A stretch of 64,000 bases of DNA from Tubulanus polymorphus (Eukaryota; Animalia; Nemertea), in contig NC_134027.1 of the NCBI RefSeq assembly GCF_964204645.1, positions 13,114,485-13,178,484 on the forward strand, in the 5' to 3' direction. This document shows positions 12,501 to 28,144 of the stretch, one piece after another. A program made the translations under genes and the position numbers. The number at the start of each line of letters is the position of its first letter. Positions within the stretch are counted from its first letter, which is position 1. Below the pieces are notes generated by a model. It searched no databases. It was not told the origin of the DNA and saw nothing but the letters and a program-made list of their open reading frames with translations.

Positions 12501-13607
12501 TTTGATTAAATCAAATACATTTATCTTTATATTATTATCTCTTTCTATTTTTGGGATGTTTTTAATTATAACAGGATACTTATCTATCTTATAATTATTT
12601 TCAAATTGTTTATAATTTGTTAATCTATAAGTATGTTTATTATAATCTTCAACTGGGTGTAAACAACTTATTATAGCCCATAGAAAACATTTATCATCTT
12701 CATTTTGTACATTTATTACAGCATTAGTTTTAAATGGTAGTTTAATATAACTCGATGCTTCAATATCTGGTTCTTTATAATATGATACATTATTTTCATC
12801 GATTGGTTTTGATTTAGTTAACTTATTATATTTTGTGTTATAAACATGTTAAGTCATAAATATTATTTCATCAAATATTAAACCAGATCCTTCAAAATAT
12901 TTCTCTTCTATTTTAGTTTTTACTTCATTATAACATTTATCTAATTTATCATCTATATGTTGTTTATATATAATATGTTGTGAATGAGAATTGATATTAT
13001 ATATTGGTTTATCTTCAGATTTTATAAACTTTACTTTAACTGATATACTAATTTTAGGATATTCAACATCAGTTATTATTTTTACTATTTCTTTCATATT
13101 TTCTAAATGTTTTTTATTTTCTTCTAATGTTTTTCCTTTATGAAATTTAAACTCGATAGCTGCTGGACCAATATCACTTTTAAATGCTTCGGTTATCTCT
13201 ATATCTTTTTTATTATCTAATGAATTAATATAATATCTTACATCTTCCATGTATGGTCTTTTATTGTTTAATTTATTTTTTATGCTTTTAATTGTCTTCT
13301 GTTTCTTATCATTATCTTTATCAAAATAATCTTCACCTAAAATATCATTATTCTTATTTCTAATATGACTTTTAGATTTTAAATGTTCATTATAATATCT
13401 TTTATCACTGAATGATTGATTACATGTATCGCATTTATATATTTCTTTTTCATTCTTTAATTCATCTAATTTAGTTTCTAATATATCATCTTTATATTCT
13501 AGTTTCAATTTATTCTCTAAATGTGTTTTAGTTTTATTGTGTCTTGCTTTTTGGGATTTATCTATATTGATATTACATGTTGGATAGTAGTACTTATTTG
13601 CTTCCAT
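9493..13607 (-). pseudogene. Protein-primed DNA polymerase B (intein-less allele), multiple frameshifts
   Basis: Fragments 12849-13607, 11427-12386, 10860-11414 and 9493-10398: Exo I YGDFES, EndoVII RDHDH..GAAHENCN, motif A YIDANNLYG, motif B KLMNNAFYGK, uninterrupted motif C YFDTDSY. Confidence 0.93.
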
Positions 13608-13812
13608 TTTAATACTAAATTTTTTATTAAAATTGATTTTAGAAGTTCAATGATTCATATATGCATTATTTCAATCACACTTTACTAACACTTTTAATGT
13701 TTAAAAATCTAACTCACACAAATATGAATATTGAAATAATGTTGTAAATATATACTTTTATATTGAATAATCTGTCAATTTAAATGTTATTCATATATAT
13801 GATTATTTTAAG

Positions 13813-14230
13813 AGTAATAGGGGTAATGGCCTTTCAGGTTAAAGGTTGAATGGTCGAGTTCATTAAAAACAAATATTAAAAGTAATTTAAAACTATAATA
13901 TATTTTCATAACCATGTGTATTTCAGTTGAATAATAGAATAATTATTATTATCAAAATATATTTGATTATATGAATTTGTGTATTGTAAATGAATCAATT
14001 GGTCGCGGAGCGGAGCGGGAGCGAAGTGGAGCGACCAATTGATTTAATACAATATGCATTTAAAATTTAAATTATTGATATCTTAGAATAAATATTTAGT
14101 TATAATATAAAATGCACTATTATGCACAATTATGAAAATATATTATAGTTTTAAATTACTTTTAATGTTTTGTTTTTTAATGAGCTCGACCGTTCGACCT
14201 TTGGCCTCAAAGCCCATTACCCCTATTACT
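13813..14230. repeat. Terminal 418-bp imperfect palindrome of element A
   Basis: AGTAATAGGGGTAATGG.. at 13813 is inverted at 14230 (~100-bp arms); central perfect 14-bp stem AATCAATTGGTCGC/GCGACCAATTGATT around a GGAGC-rich loop. Confidence 0.9.
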
Positions 14231-14826
14231 AACCACGATTTTGAGGGGTTTCGTCTTTGAAAGCCCATAACTATCAAACTAAGCATCAGAGTTTGACGAG
14301 ATAAAGTTCTTCCGGCGCAAATAGCATTGCATTTTTACACATTTAATACTTTGGACCATCTTCACCCGTCAAGGGATTCGAACCCACTGCTAAAGCCGTT
14401 CCCCGAACCCCTTGACCCCACGAGTCGTTGAAGTCGTTACTAGCAGACCAGAATCAGGTCGGGCCAATCACAGCGCTTGTTACAAACGACATTAGGCATC
14501 TATGGAATTTCATGGTAAATGGACCAATCAGTGAACACGTAGCGAACGCCGAAGTATTGTCGCGTGTTGATATATGACGTCATGTGCAAAAGCGCCAGTA
14601 ATGAAATCGCGCGTCGTGAGGCTGGGGGCTGGTGGATGCGAATTCGGGAGCGATACCGGACCCCTGGTATCGAGGATGACTTTGGACAGTTAAAGATGCT
14701 GCATAAAAACATGCTCAATTAAATCAAATTTTTTACCTTCTTTGGTGAACTTCTCAAAAAATATGAAACCCATGGTTTTGACTTTAACGTTAGGTTCTAA
14801 GTTTAAATCCCTGTTAATTTTGTAGA

Positions 14827-17029
14827 ATGGATAAAAACCGTCAGCAAAAACGCTTGTCATACCAGCGCACGTATATGATAACTGCCTGTAGGATTGCTGT
14901 TGAGGCAGGACTAGGTTATGAAAGTTCTATGGATCAGGGAGAGATGGAGAGGGATGAATTTATAAATGGAGGTGGTAATGAATCGGAACTAGATGAGCAT
15001 GGTGATAAAGCACCTGGTGAGCAAAGTTTTTCATGCGATGCATGATGATGTTGATCTCCCTGTGCCAGCTGCTTGTGATTTTGACCACGGAATGCCTATT
15101 TGTCACGATGGTGACCATGACCCATCATCAAGTGATGGTGACAATGACCCATCGTCATGTGATAGTAGCTCTTCTGAGGATGCCCAGGAGGATAATGTTG
15201 ATCTATGTCTAGAACTTGGAAACTGGGTTAACAAATACAATGTCAAACATAATGCTGTTGACAATCTGCTGAAAATCTTGCAACAATATCACGACAACCT
15301 GCCAAGTTCTGCAAGAACATTACTAAAAACAGTTCATGCTGTGGATTCCCTTGAAAGATCAGGAATGCACTACATCTACTTGGGTTTGAGCGCACAACTT
15401 CTTATTTGTTATAATAGGCTACCTCAAGTAGATCAAAACACTGTCGATAGCTTTGTTATTTCTTTCAATATCGATGGGCTGCCTCTTTTTAAGTTCAAAA
15501 ACCTCACTGTGGCCAACACTTTGTGCGATTACAAATTTAGGAAAAAGCATAGTATTTAATGTTACCCTGCCATGTGGACCAGCAAAGCCATCAAATCTCA
15601 AGTTTTTGGATGATATGATTCATGATCTGAGACATCTGCTAGCTCATGGCCTTCAAGTTAATGATAAGCATATAGAAATAACAATCAAGTGTGTGGTATG
15701 TGATATGCCTGCCAAAATTTTTGTTAAGTCTGTAGCTACACTGGCTATTTTGGATGTGATAGATGTAAGCAAGAAGGGGAATGGCATGGCCGAATGACTT
15801 TTCCAAGAGTTGATTATTTACGCTTGCGCACAGATGATTCATTTCGTTATCAAACACAACCGCAACATCACAAGGGCCACACTCCTTTTGTAAATTTACC
15901 AATATAGAAATAACAATCAAGTGTGTGGTATGTGATATGCCCGCCAAAGTTTTTGTTAAGTGTGTGCGTAGCTACGCTGGCTATTTTGTAAGCGAGAAGG
16001 GGAATGGCATGGCCGAATGACTTTTCCAAGAGTTGATAATTTACGCTTGCGCACAGATGATTCATTTCGTTATCAAACACAACCGCAACATCACAAGGGC
16101 CACACTCCTTTTGTAAATTTACCAATTGATATGATAACATGTTTTCCTATAGATTACATGCACCAAGTTTGTTTGGGAGTCACTAAACGCATGCTATTGA
16201 CTTGGACGAATCGGCCTCGTAATGTGAAAATTTCTGCCCAACATGCAAGCATAATTAGTGATCGTATGACTGATTTGCGACCTTCAATTACTACAGATAT
16301 CTTACAAAGGAAGCCTCGCGGTCCGTCTCATTTAAAGCATTGGAAAGCTTCAGAATACAGACAGTTCCTTCTGTACACACGATCTCTTGTATTAAAGGAT
16401 ATATTACGCGAGGAAATATATGAACATTTTCTCTGTTTTTGTGTTGCAATGCGCATATTGGTATCGCCAGTGCTGTCCAGGGAATTTGTAGATTATGCTG
16501 AACAACTTTTAATTCATTTTGTCACTTGCTGCCATGACATCTATGGTGTTGAAATTATGACATACAATGTCCATTCGATGCTACATCTAGCTGATGATGT
16601 TCGAATAAATGGGAATTTGGATTCCCATAGTGCTTTCTGTTTCGAAAACTATTTGCAGGAATTTAAAAAAATGGTTCGTTCAGCCAACAAATTGTTAAGA
16701 GACTAAGCGAAAGAAAAAACATGAAAATTGACGTAGATAGGAGGGAAAGAATGCCAAAATGTAATGACTGCTTCTTATTAGGTGAAGAATGTATTGAGGT
16801 GCTAGACAGACATCCAGACAATGGAAATATGCGTTGTACGATATATGAGAATCCCGATTATCTCTTCAATAGACCCTGCGACTCGCGCCTTGTCCACATC
16901 TACAAAGTTAACCGGAGGAGAACATTTGTGCGTAATGTTTCAAGGCACGAACTTGTGTCTATGGCATTAAAACTGTCCATTCCCGACAGCCATGAGCTTG
17001 TGTTTGTTGCTATTCTTCATGATACATAG
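14827..17029 (+). pseudogene. CACTA/EnSpm transposase, frameshifted, with an internal ~230-bp tandem duplication (15670-16123)
   Basis: FNIDGLPLF, VCDMPAK, LRTDDSF, FPIDYMHQVCLGV, WKASEYRQFLLY, YNVHSMLHLADDV and SAFCFENYL are typical animal EnSpm transposase blocks. Confidence 0.85.
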
Positions 17030-19371
17030 AATCCCTTTAAGTACCCTGCAAGTCTGTAGCCAGGGGGATCGTCCGAACAAATGCCCATTTAATCTTTTTG
17101 ATCCAAATTGTCAGTATGCATTGTTATTGGCCGCGTTCACACGACAACTGGTAAGGCCATACAAAGAAATACCCTAGTTTCTCAAGAAAGTCAAATGCCG
17201 CCCGCGTTATAAAAAATGTCCCAAAATGAAAATTAAAAAGCCAAATGCGCTCGCCCGCATCGGCAAAGCATCAATTGTCCCGCTCAAAATCAAAATTGTA
17301 AATAATCATAGATTTATGAGTCCCTTGCAGTTTTTTTATTTGAACAATTTTGACGCAGTTTATCATATATTGGGGACATCAATCTATGATAGAATATTCT
17401 AGGTAATTTTCAGAACCATTTAAACAGATATATATTCAAATAGCAAAATACACTGAGATTTTAAGATAAATAATAATCCGTTAGCGTACATTAATTTTAG
17501 GTAAAAAAATTTTTTTGGGGAGTTCAGACCCCCCCCCCCCTACTCGCCATCGCATCTGCGGTGCAGGGCTTTCCAAGGATCATATAGAACATGTAAAAAG
17601 TGCCCTTTTTTATTTTAAGAACACCCCTTGGCTACAGGCCTACAGGCTACAGGCTTGCCCTGCAGCCGATTGTAAATTTTATACCCCCTGTAAATTTTAT
17701 TCAGAGTAGTATCAGCAGAAAATTGCAGCCTTTCTGATAAATACTGGAATAACAACATATGTTTCGTGTGCTCAGTTATCAAACATTGAGAGTAAAGTTT
17801 GCGTAGATCGTATTAATTGCCGCCAACAACAGTTTTACGATATCTGCAGCACCAGGAATGAGTGGTGCGATTTCGACGCAATACTGCACTTAAACGGTTA
17901 TGATGTTAGTGAGGCATTCTTGTGAAGTATGACTCGACACAGTGTAGTACTATATAGTATAACGTAGCGAGCAATTTCTGGATGAAAAGGCGGCCAGCTC
18001 TATTAAGGACACATATGTTGGGTAATTTCTAATTTCTAATTTATAGGCTTTTCTATTTATTACTTTTGCAGAGAACTCAGTTATTATTCTGCAGGTTATT
18101 ATTGTTGATAGGTGCTGCTGCATTTTTTATTGTTATATTTTTCCGCTTGTTTTCATTCATCAAATTCACCTACTAACAACAACCTCTAAACACACCACCA
18201 ACACTGTAAAAAATATGATACCGGTAATTCATCTGAACGTTTAAATCATCTTCATGTATTTTACATCCTACTTTAAGCACATTAGTTACAAAAAACAATC
18301 AGAATTCAGAGTGCATATGGAGATGCCATTGAACATTGTGCGTAGATCGTTTGATTGTGATGTCATTTATGAGTCAGTGATAAAGGATGGCTCCGAGAAC
18401 AGTAAATAAAACCAGGGCATCCATTTAATTGATATTCTGCATTTTCTCTATCAAATCTTTTTAGAACATGTCGGATTATGTGATTGCGCACTTTCTTGAA
18501 GATGACACCGTAGCATACAAAACTTGGATTGACACTGATAGCAGTGATGATTCCGTAAGAGGTGCCAAGTAAAAAAGAGGCTCGTTGAATTAATGTGACC
18601 AACCCTGGTTTTTTCATGTTGAAAAAAATGTTGTCAGAAAAAGATTTTCAATTTCATCAAAAGGATGAATCTGTTTCGCTTTTTCTTTACTTATGACATC
18701 TTTGACAATGTTTTTGGCTTATATTTAAATTTCTTTCCATGTATTTTCATCAATCCACATTTTGATATCAAAATAACTTATGATGGTAATATTAAATCAT
18801 CACAAATTGAAATATTACAAATTATTTTACAGTTGCTGTACTCATATTGGCCTATGGCTGGTGCCAGTAGGAAAGCGGCGCGGAAAAAGGATGTAGATGT
18901 GGAGAATTGGCATAAATTTGAAATTAGAATATTGGGATTTGCTGGTTTTTATGCCTCCACAACGCGTACTACTACTGATCTAATATCAATATAATAAAAT
19001 TTTCCGTGAATCTGTTTGCGTACGTAATAAATGAATGATCCCTTTGTCGTATATCCTATAATCCTTATGACTTTTGTTGTGCAATTAGTGTCATTTAAGA
19101 CATTACTAATCACCAGGGCAAAAATGTGTCAGTGTTTATTTGTCATATTCATGTTTAGAGTTAGAAAAAGTTTAATAAAATTTTTACTCTATAACGTCCG
19201 AACTTGTTCATTCCCATAATGTCTGGAACTTCACTCGACGAAGTCTTAAGGTCGATGGAGCTCATCTTATTGTTATTAAGCATATGGAGGCCTTTCAAAA
19301 GCTAGATTTTTAGGCCTAAAATATTTTATCAATATGATAGTCGCTCATTAGAATGTATATAATATTTCTAG

Positions 19372-19515
19372 CTGACTGCACTTCTGCAGTAAAGAAAGTC
19401 AAGCAATCGGAAGATACTAGTAATTTGGAAAGTGATGGCGAAAATGATAGAAGTAGAAAGAGACAAAGGCCAGCACGCTATTCTGATGGTAGTAATGCAG
19501 ACAGTGATGATACAG
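19372..19515 (+). other. Probable exon of the CACTA accessory (second) gene
   Basis: AG..GT-bounded segment encoding AVKKVKQSEDTSNLESDGENDRSRKRQRP, resembling N-terminal exons of EnSpm ORF2 proteins. Confidence 0.35.
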
Positions 19516-22059
19516 GTATCCATACATTTTAGCTTTGACAGTCACCGATTGCTTCTAACGTGACTCGTGTCACCCTAATATCAATAAAAAAAGTCCGATC
19601 CTATACTTATGTGACGTAAAATTGTAACCTTTAACTTATGAATGCTTTAAGGAAATTAGATGTAATTACTGCCATAATCTTTAGAATACTTATACGCAGT
19701 GACCCCTACCACTTTTGGCACTGTATCCCAAATATATATATTCAAATATTTTATCTTCGATATTCAAATTTTTCATAAGTTTTGAAAATTTAAAAATGCA
19801 GCGTAATTGTTTCAACTTCCAAGCAAAATGGATTAAAGAGGTAGGGGCCCTCAACACACATTCCTACTGCATGCCTTTCCAATTTTAAGGTGTTAATGTT
19901 TAAGGTCAATGAAAAACTATTTTTAAACGTCAACGATAAACAACATACTAATGTGTATCTCAATTCAATTTGACCTTCAATTTCTCGACTTAGGACGTAG
20001 TGAGTCTTTTGTCAGAAATTGGTCGAGTGACATTTCTTATTTCAAAAAATTATATTTTAAAGTTGAAAAAAATTTTGCGGGCAAAAGTCAATTAATATGC
20101 GGATGACTACCAGTGCATCCAGCACTTGGTGTGAACATGCACCTTTTAATCGTTGTACCTGTCATTTTTCAATGGCTGCCCCACTAAAAGCTGTTGTGGA
20201 GAACACTGCATTTTGATATTTTAGTAGCCTAGTTAGTTAAATTACAACTCTAGTTGGTACCGCTTGAGTTTCATAAACTTTTATTTATATACAAAATGGA
20301 TCATTGGTGGTTTTGATAATTTTTTTACTCTCAGCTAATTTCTTACAGTAATTATATCAAAGTAGCGTTACAGTTACAGTTATAACTCAAATTATGTCTC
20401 GCTGGACAAACCATATAAAATCTTACTCTATTTTAGAGGATAATTTTACATTATTAATCTCGTGTAGGCTAATAGAATAGGCTCACTCAAATAGAACTAC
20501 AATTACAAACATTAAGTACATCGTACAAAATTCAAAATATACTTGGATCCGGCTCGAGGGACTAAATGTCAAATTTCTTTGAAGAAAAACGGCGGCCCCG
20601 ATCCAACTAACTAGAGGACTGTAGATTCTCTTAAACAATGAAGCCTACTAACATGAATTTTATTACACAATAACAGTCACACATTACCTCAAGATACAAA
20701 ACCGATACTTCAGAGTGCCATCGCTACTACAATGATCACATAAACACATCCAGCGGACAAGAAAATGAAATATACAAAAAAGATCTCCCTCGTGTTATCA
20801 CGCCATTATCGGTTTGTTTTTTATAGGTGTCGCCACCAGCCGATGTTAGAAAAAATACATGATACAAAACACTGGTCCCACACGCAATCGTAAGAAGATA
20901 AATAAAACATTTACTGGCTCTGCACGTGTATATACGCAAACTGATCGACGCTGGATCGAAAAGATACTACCTTAGTGAGTATATTTACACATCGTTTGTC
21001 ATTAATTGGCTCTATATGCCATAGGCCTGTAATGGTTATTTTGCGATTGGAAGTGGTTCCAGTTTTGATGACTCCAATGTCTCCATTTGTATTAGGTTAT
21101 TCTTGCGGTGCTATCAGGTTGAGCCATGAAACATAATGGACTTCAATTCTGTATCTACCCTACATACATCTTCAGCCCAAAAACCGACCCGATTAGAATC
21201 AAGATGGTCGACTGGCGGCCATTATTGTTTGCCGAAATCAGCACTTTTTACACATTTTGAAGTTTTCAAGGGAAATTCTGATGACGATTCCATCAATTAT
21301 CTTGATCTTTCACTTATATTTGTATCCCCCAAGGGTCCATCAGCATAAGAGAAATTGGGTCGATCGAACCCAAGATGGCCGTCCTGTGACCTTTTTGTGT
21401 GCCCAAAAAGGTCAATTTTGGCCTGAATTCAGAGACCTGTAGCTCCCTATTGGTTTACCATTTTTCATTGAAATTTGTGATGGGTCTATTATGAAAAGGG
21501 TTCTATAATAAATCAGACAGGTATTTCGGTCATCCAATTATTACGCAATTGGCAGCTATCTTAGTATCATCAGTCCTCATTTGTAGGTGGAAAAAGGATT
21601 TTTGAAGAAAATATCTACAGGTCTTATCGTCTTGATACTTGATTATTATTAGCACTATCATAGGAAACATCTCCTCACTTGGAATTGGGATCACCCAATT
21701 CTTTGTATATGGTCACCAGGGGCGTTGAATAGTAGAATAACTTAGTATTTCCATATTATATTGGTACTTAGGCATATTTTGTAACCACAATCAATTGCAA
21801 AGTTGTAGCTCATGACATGTTCTATGATTGCAGTGAGTTTCAAGGTCATTGGATTTTGTATATGGTCACCAGAGGGCGTTGATAATTGAAATTGTTAGAT
21901 TGTTGAGTATTTGAAACCACTTCCCAAGTGGGCATGGTGTCGCTGGACCCCTAGTTTACTTCCGGGTTTTTATTTTTAAGATTTAAAATTGTATTTCATG
22001 ATCTATTTCTATGAAATCTTTAGTTGATTTGGTGTTGGGAGGAATTTTTATTTGCTCTA

Positions 22060-22158
22060 AAGAAAATTCATCCCTGACAATTGCGCAAGGTTCGCGAAAA
22101 AATAGCTTTAGAAAATTCATCCTTGACAATTGCGCAAGGTTCGCGAAAAAATAGCTTT
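22060..22158. repeat. ~50-bp tandem duplication
   Basis: AGAAAATTCATCCYTGACAATTGCGCAAGGTTCGCGAAAAAATAGCTTT twice. Confidence 0.85.
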
Positions 22159-23432
22159 TCCCAAATCAGGTGTATGACCTTGATATGCTATTATTAGCCA
22201 TGTGCTCGAATTGCATATTCAATCAAATTTTATTCTTCCAAAATTTTTAAATCAGTTTTACTTTATTGAACAAAAATATCAAATTCAATTTTTATTTTAT
22301 TGAACAAAGTTAAATCCAATTCAATTTTATTCCGCATTCCATTCAAAATACGAAGGGCAAATATTGAGGTATTCGTCCTGCTGTCTGTGTTAACACACGA
22401 TTGTACTATGTAAATGATATTGATCACGGAGTGTATATTGATAAATATAACCCACAGATTACATCATTTATAAAAAGCAAATCTGACGTGCTGGCCATTG
22501 TGCTCCTTGGGGCTCTTGTTAATTAATTCTTTTACAATTTCAGTTCATTATCCAGTACACCTCATTTAATTAAAACATTGATCTATGTTATATTTCTACT
22601 ATAATTACATTTGCAATTTGGTTCTAAATTATTGAAGCTGACTAATTGTTGTTTATACTATTAAGACAAATCTGATAAGTAGTCACTACCTGACAAACAC
22701 AACACTATCACTCAAGACATGGCCTTAACACAAATTCCAATTTTGATTTATATATTCCTACAAATGATGAAAGTTACTTCTTAACATTATATATTATATG
22801 ATTCTTCCTCTTACAGTCCTTATTACATGTATGTTCATTTCAGGTAACGAGATATTATCACTACAACATATGACTGTGGAATCGCCGAAACCAAGCACAT
22901 TTGAAGAAGAGGCAGGATCTAACTAATTGAACTTTTAACTCCTTCACTTTTTTGTAATACACCTATACATATGGTTTCATGTACCATGATACCACGTTGT
23001 TGAACTGATTTTTTTTTATTAGTGAGCATGGTGGATGCTACACTAAAGATTTTAAATACAGGCTTGTACATTATTTCCCCCATTATAATGACTAAGGGAC
23101 ATTTTTTACCATAATTTGTTTATGCATTTTCCTTGATGTTCATTATCTTGAAAAGGAGTAAAGGTTTATCAAACGTCGTTTATGCTGAAAGTCTTTCTGG
23201 CACTAACCACGGGCAGTTAAGAGACATATAATTGATTTTTTTTCAGAACAAGACCGCTGCTGAGAAAGACGGTATATCCATGTATCCATTTATTTGTGTG
23301 ATTTGTAAGTTAGGGAGCATCTCAAAATTTCAATAGTTGTGGCAATTAGAATAACTGTCTAATTCTTTCTCACCCTCACCCCACCCTTTTGCCAAATTTG
23401 GAACTATTGATCGATGATTACTCATCAGCCTA

Positions 23433-23611
23433 CAATCAACCCCCGATATACCAGCCTCCCATATACCGCCACCCCACCTACCACCAGGATTTTTCTCAAT
23501 GTACATCTCTATACAAATACATAGTAAAACACCCCCGATATACCACCATACTCTCTATACACCCAAAGTCGTCCTGCACCAATATGGGCGCAGTATATTG
23601 GGGGTTGACTG
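23433..23611. mobile_element. Tc1/mariner-pogo-type MITE
   Basis: TA-flanked TIRs CAATCAACCCCCGATATAC / GTATATTGGGGGTTGACTG; internal CCCCGATATACC repeats. Confidence 0.75.
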
Positions 23612-24889
23612 TATTGACATATTTGTATTCAGGATAAATAAGACTATCACTGATCAAGGGAAGGGGTGCTCACGACCAATGCACCCATGCACCCGAGAAA
23701 GCCGCCGTCCATTGGACGGGTAATCAGCTAGTCCCTAATAAGACATTGTTAAAGGTGGCCAAAAACAGCGATTCAATAGCTGTCTTTAATGTATTCATCC
23801 TGCTAACATGTTTTGAAATTCTTTCTAGGTGAGGATTTCTTTCACACAGATTTTTGTCTCGTAGCTGATGATGGCTTAGAATCGCAGTGAAAAGCTGGAA
23901 CGAAGCCGTGGAATGTTGGTTCGCTCTTCACTACGTTTTAAACATCGAGTATAGTCAAGATACAAAAACCACCCTGGAATTTCTTCAGAGATAAGCCTAC
24001 AATAATATAATGAATAGTCATAGAAACCACATATCCATTGCATCCACGAAAAAAGACAGGCTGGCCAGAGTGCCCCTGGGTCTCTTGTTGTATCATTTGG
24101 CCCGTTAGGTTAGATGCAGTGCCCAAAACTTCTAGGTGGCAGTCTTTCACATACGGTCTTGTCAATCAAAATCATCAGGTTAAAGTCCTAGTGACGACAT
24201 TGTTAGATAACCCAGAAATGGGGAAAAAGAAACCATGTTCCTAATACTCTGTTGCTTCTTAGGACTGTGATCTTCACTACGCATCTCAACTACTCGTCTT
24301 GCTGTCCAATTTTATTTTAGGTGCATCTTGAACATAAATCCAGAAAAGTCGAAGAAGCGGAGTATCAATCCGAAGATAACAAACTTTGTCAACTCGTTGA
24401 AAGGGAGGCAGTCAGATTGGAATATTTAAATTCACGTACCACGGTGTTACTGTATGACTCTAGACGGGACATTGTTTTGTTTCATTCAGCCTGTCCCACA
24501 AAAACGGATCCTCACATTTCACTATCCCCGGTTTCATTAATAATAATTCTTCCTAGACTCATTCATTCCAGATTGAAGGTATCGTAATTCATTTCTCTTT
24601 AACCTGGGACACCTAAAGTTACTTTTTTATGGGGGGACTGCAGTGCAATTGTACAGTTTATTTTGGTAAAAGTTTTCAACAAGAAAATTAACTTTAATAA
24701 ATTATTTGACGCCTGCGAAAAAATGTAGAATTTCTGGGATAAGCTAATGTGGAATTGCAAATTTGAAATCGAAGTTATAAGAAATTTGGGGAATTATGAG
24801 ATTTGGCGATTGGGTAGATGATACAGTCTTCGACTGGTCTAATTTAAAAAAAGATTGTCAACTTGTGACCGACTTCGATTCACTTTTGC

Positions 24890-25216
24890 CTCAAAGCTGG
24901 TCTGCAACTTCATTGCCTCCATGGTTGAAGAACGAGCTCTTCTGATGTCTGCTTCATCATGACTTCGAGCATATCGTGTAGCCAGCCGGCCCGGTCCCGG
25001 GGCCCGGTTTGGCTGTCACTCGATATCCTAGACTTGAGTCTGGGTTGAAGTAGACATTGTCATTTAAATAACTTATTCATGTTATTCTGTATGAATTACC
25101 CGTGTGTCTTGTATTTTGTATTTTCTTAGTTTAAAATTTGTAACTTTATTGAATTTGGGAATTTTATCCCGGAATTTCAATGTAATAAGGATCAATAAAG
25201 TATTGAATTGAATTGT
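24890..25216 (+). mobile_element. Possible 3' end of a non-LTR retrotransposon
   Basis: AATAAA followed by an (ATTGA)n-like tail GTATTGAATTGAATTG. Confidence 0.3.
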
Positions 25217-25837
25217 CACCTTATACACATGCCATCAGTGGACGCGGAGCCGTATATGACAGCTATGCTATTATAAATTGCTAATCTCATGAAACCTGCA
25301 TACCCCTAATATCGAACATATTTTGTAAAACATTTGAATATTGAAATTATATGTTTACACGTTTTTATATAGACCGCTTGTAGCCGCCGATGAAATTCAC
25401 GCCGGCCCTACTCAGATCGTAGATAGCTTCGTCATTCCACTAGCATCCCCATGACAGGGTCTGACTTTTATATCAGACTTCCAAATCGTGTATACATCCG
25501 CCATTTAACCGAATAATCCGATTTACTTATCATTTCTATTTATGCCCGCCGCTCCTGATATAATCATACATCCTTTACTATTACAATACGTCTTCTCATG
25601 ATATTCAATGCAATATAACATTCCGACGTTCAAATAGAGGTCATTATATAATCATAGGGAGCCATTCTACATCTTTATTAATAATATTTTGCCAAATAGC
25701 TTGTATGTGTACACATAAACCTGTGACGTTTTGCACATCGATTTACGGTTATCGTTTGTAAAATGACGCTGAATGGTTAGCAATGTTTAGGTTTCATAAT
25801 GGTAACGTTTTATAAGGCGTCAAAAAAAGTTATTGTA

Positions 25838-26258
25838 AGACTACATTTGTTGCAAGTTTTCAAAAGTTTGGAGGCTATTCATTTTCAGTGCAATTGTGTT
25901 GTTATTTAGTAATACAAGGGCCGTCAGGTATGGTTATGATAGTTTGATTAGTCAGTATGTGACTGGTTCTTGGACCATAAGGCTTACGCTGGACCATTTA
26001 AATAAAATGTACAATTATGTTACATTAGCGTAGGAATCTAAAGTACTAGGACATGGTTTTATTTCATAGTTTGATTGTAGACTAATTTTGTTGAAAGACT
26101 ACATTTGCTGAAAGTTTTCAAAAGTTTCGAGGCTATTAATTTTCAGTGCAATTGTGTTGTTATTTGGTAATACAAGAGCCATCTGGTATGGTTATGAAAG
26201 TTTGATTTGTCAGTATGTGACTGGTTCTGAGACCATAAGGCTTACGCTGGAACATTTA
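25838..26258. repeat. Tandem repeat with ~258-bp period; second unit split by a Harbinger insertion and resuming at 29917
   Basis: 25838-26000 matches 26096-26258; unit 1 shows the empty site CATTTAAATAA. Confidence 0.85.
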
Positions 26259-26369
26259 AGGCGTATTCGTTTATCTCGAATCGATTTAGTTTTGAGGTAT
26301 TGCGCAATACATCGGTTTGCCGATCAAACCTATTTCGTTTTAGCTGTTAGAAAAATCACCGGTTTAAAA

Positions 26370-27751
<1,382 letters not shown>

Positions 27752-28144
27752 CTTATCGCTGAAGAATAAATGTTTCATTGTGTATCAATTTATTCTTTGT
27801 CTCTTCGACTTACACTGATTGGATTGGAGAACAAAGCCTCAGACTATTAGAGAAAAGAGAAATAATTCAGGACATATTGATAATTCCAGATCTCAAATTA
27901 TAATTGTTTATTTTCTTACAGGCGATATTTGACTAGGCCACCAGATAAAAAATGTAACAACAAAATTTCAAAACCTTACAGGCGATATTTGCCTACAGAT
28001 AAAAAATGTAACAAAAAACTGAACCTCATATTGAGGTTAAAATTTTATATATACGTATATAAAACCCTCTCGATTAAATATACTCCCCACAGCATAGGTA
28101 CCCGGCAGTAAACATGAAAATTATTTCACTCCTGACTGCATAAA

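Larger units (their letters stand above)
1..14230 (-). mobile_element. Polinton/Maverick element A (decayed; other end outside the window)
   Basis: Carries pPolB, penton, MCP, integrase and ATPase homologous to element C, with many frameshifts/stops. Ends in CCCTATTACT (5'-AGTAATAGGG on minus), followed by an abrupt shift to higher-GC flanking DNA. Confidence 0.93.

Noticed and set aside
14365-14400. GGGATTCGAACCC as a tRNA gene (minus-strand B-box)
   Set aside because: No cloverleaf or A-box at proper spacing; at most a SINE remnant.
20300-24890. Short ORFs as host genes
   Set aside because: No recognisable domains or consistent exon chain; appears to be old repeat debris.
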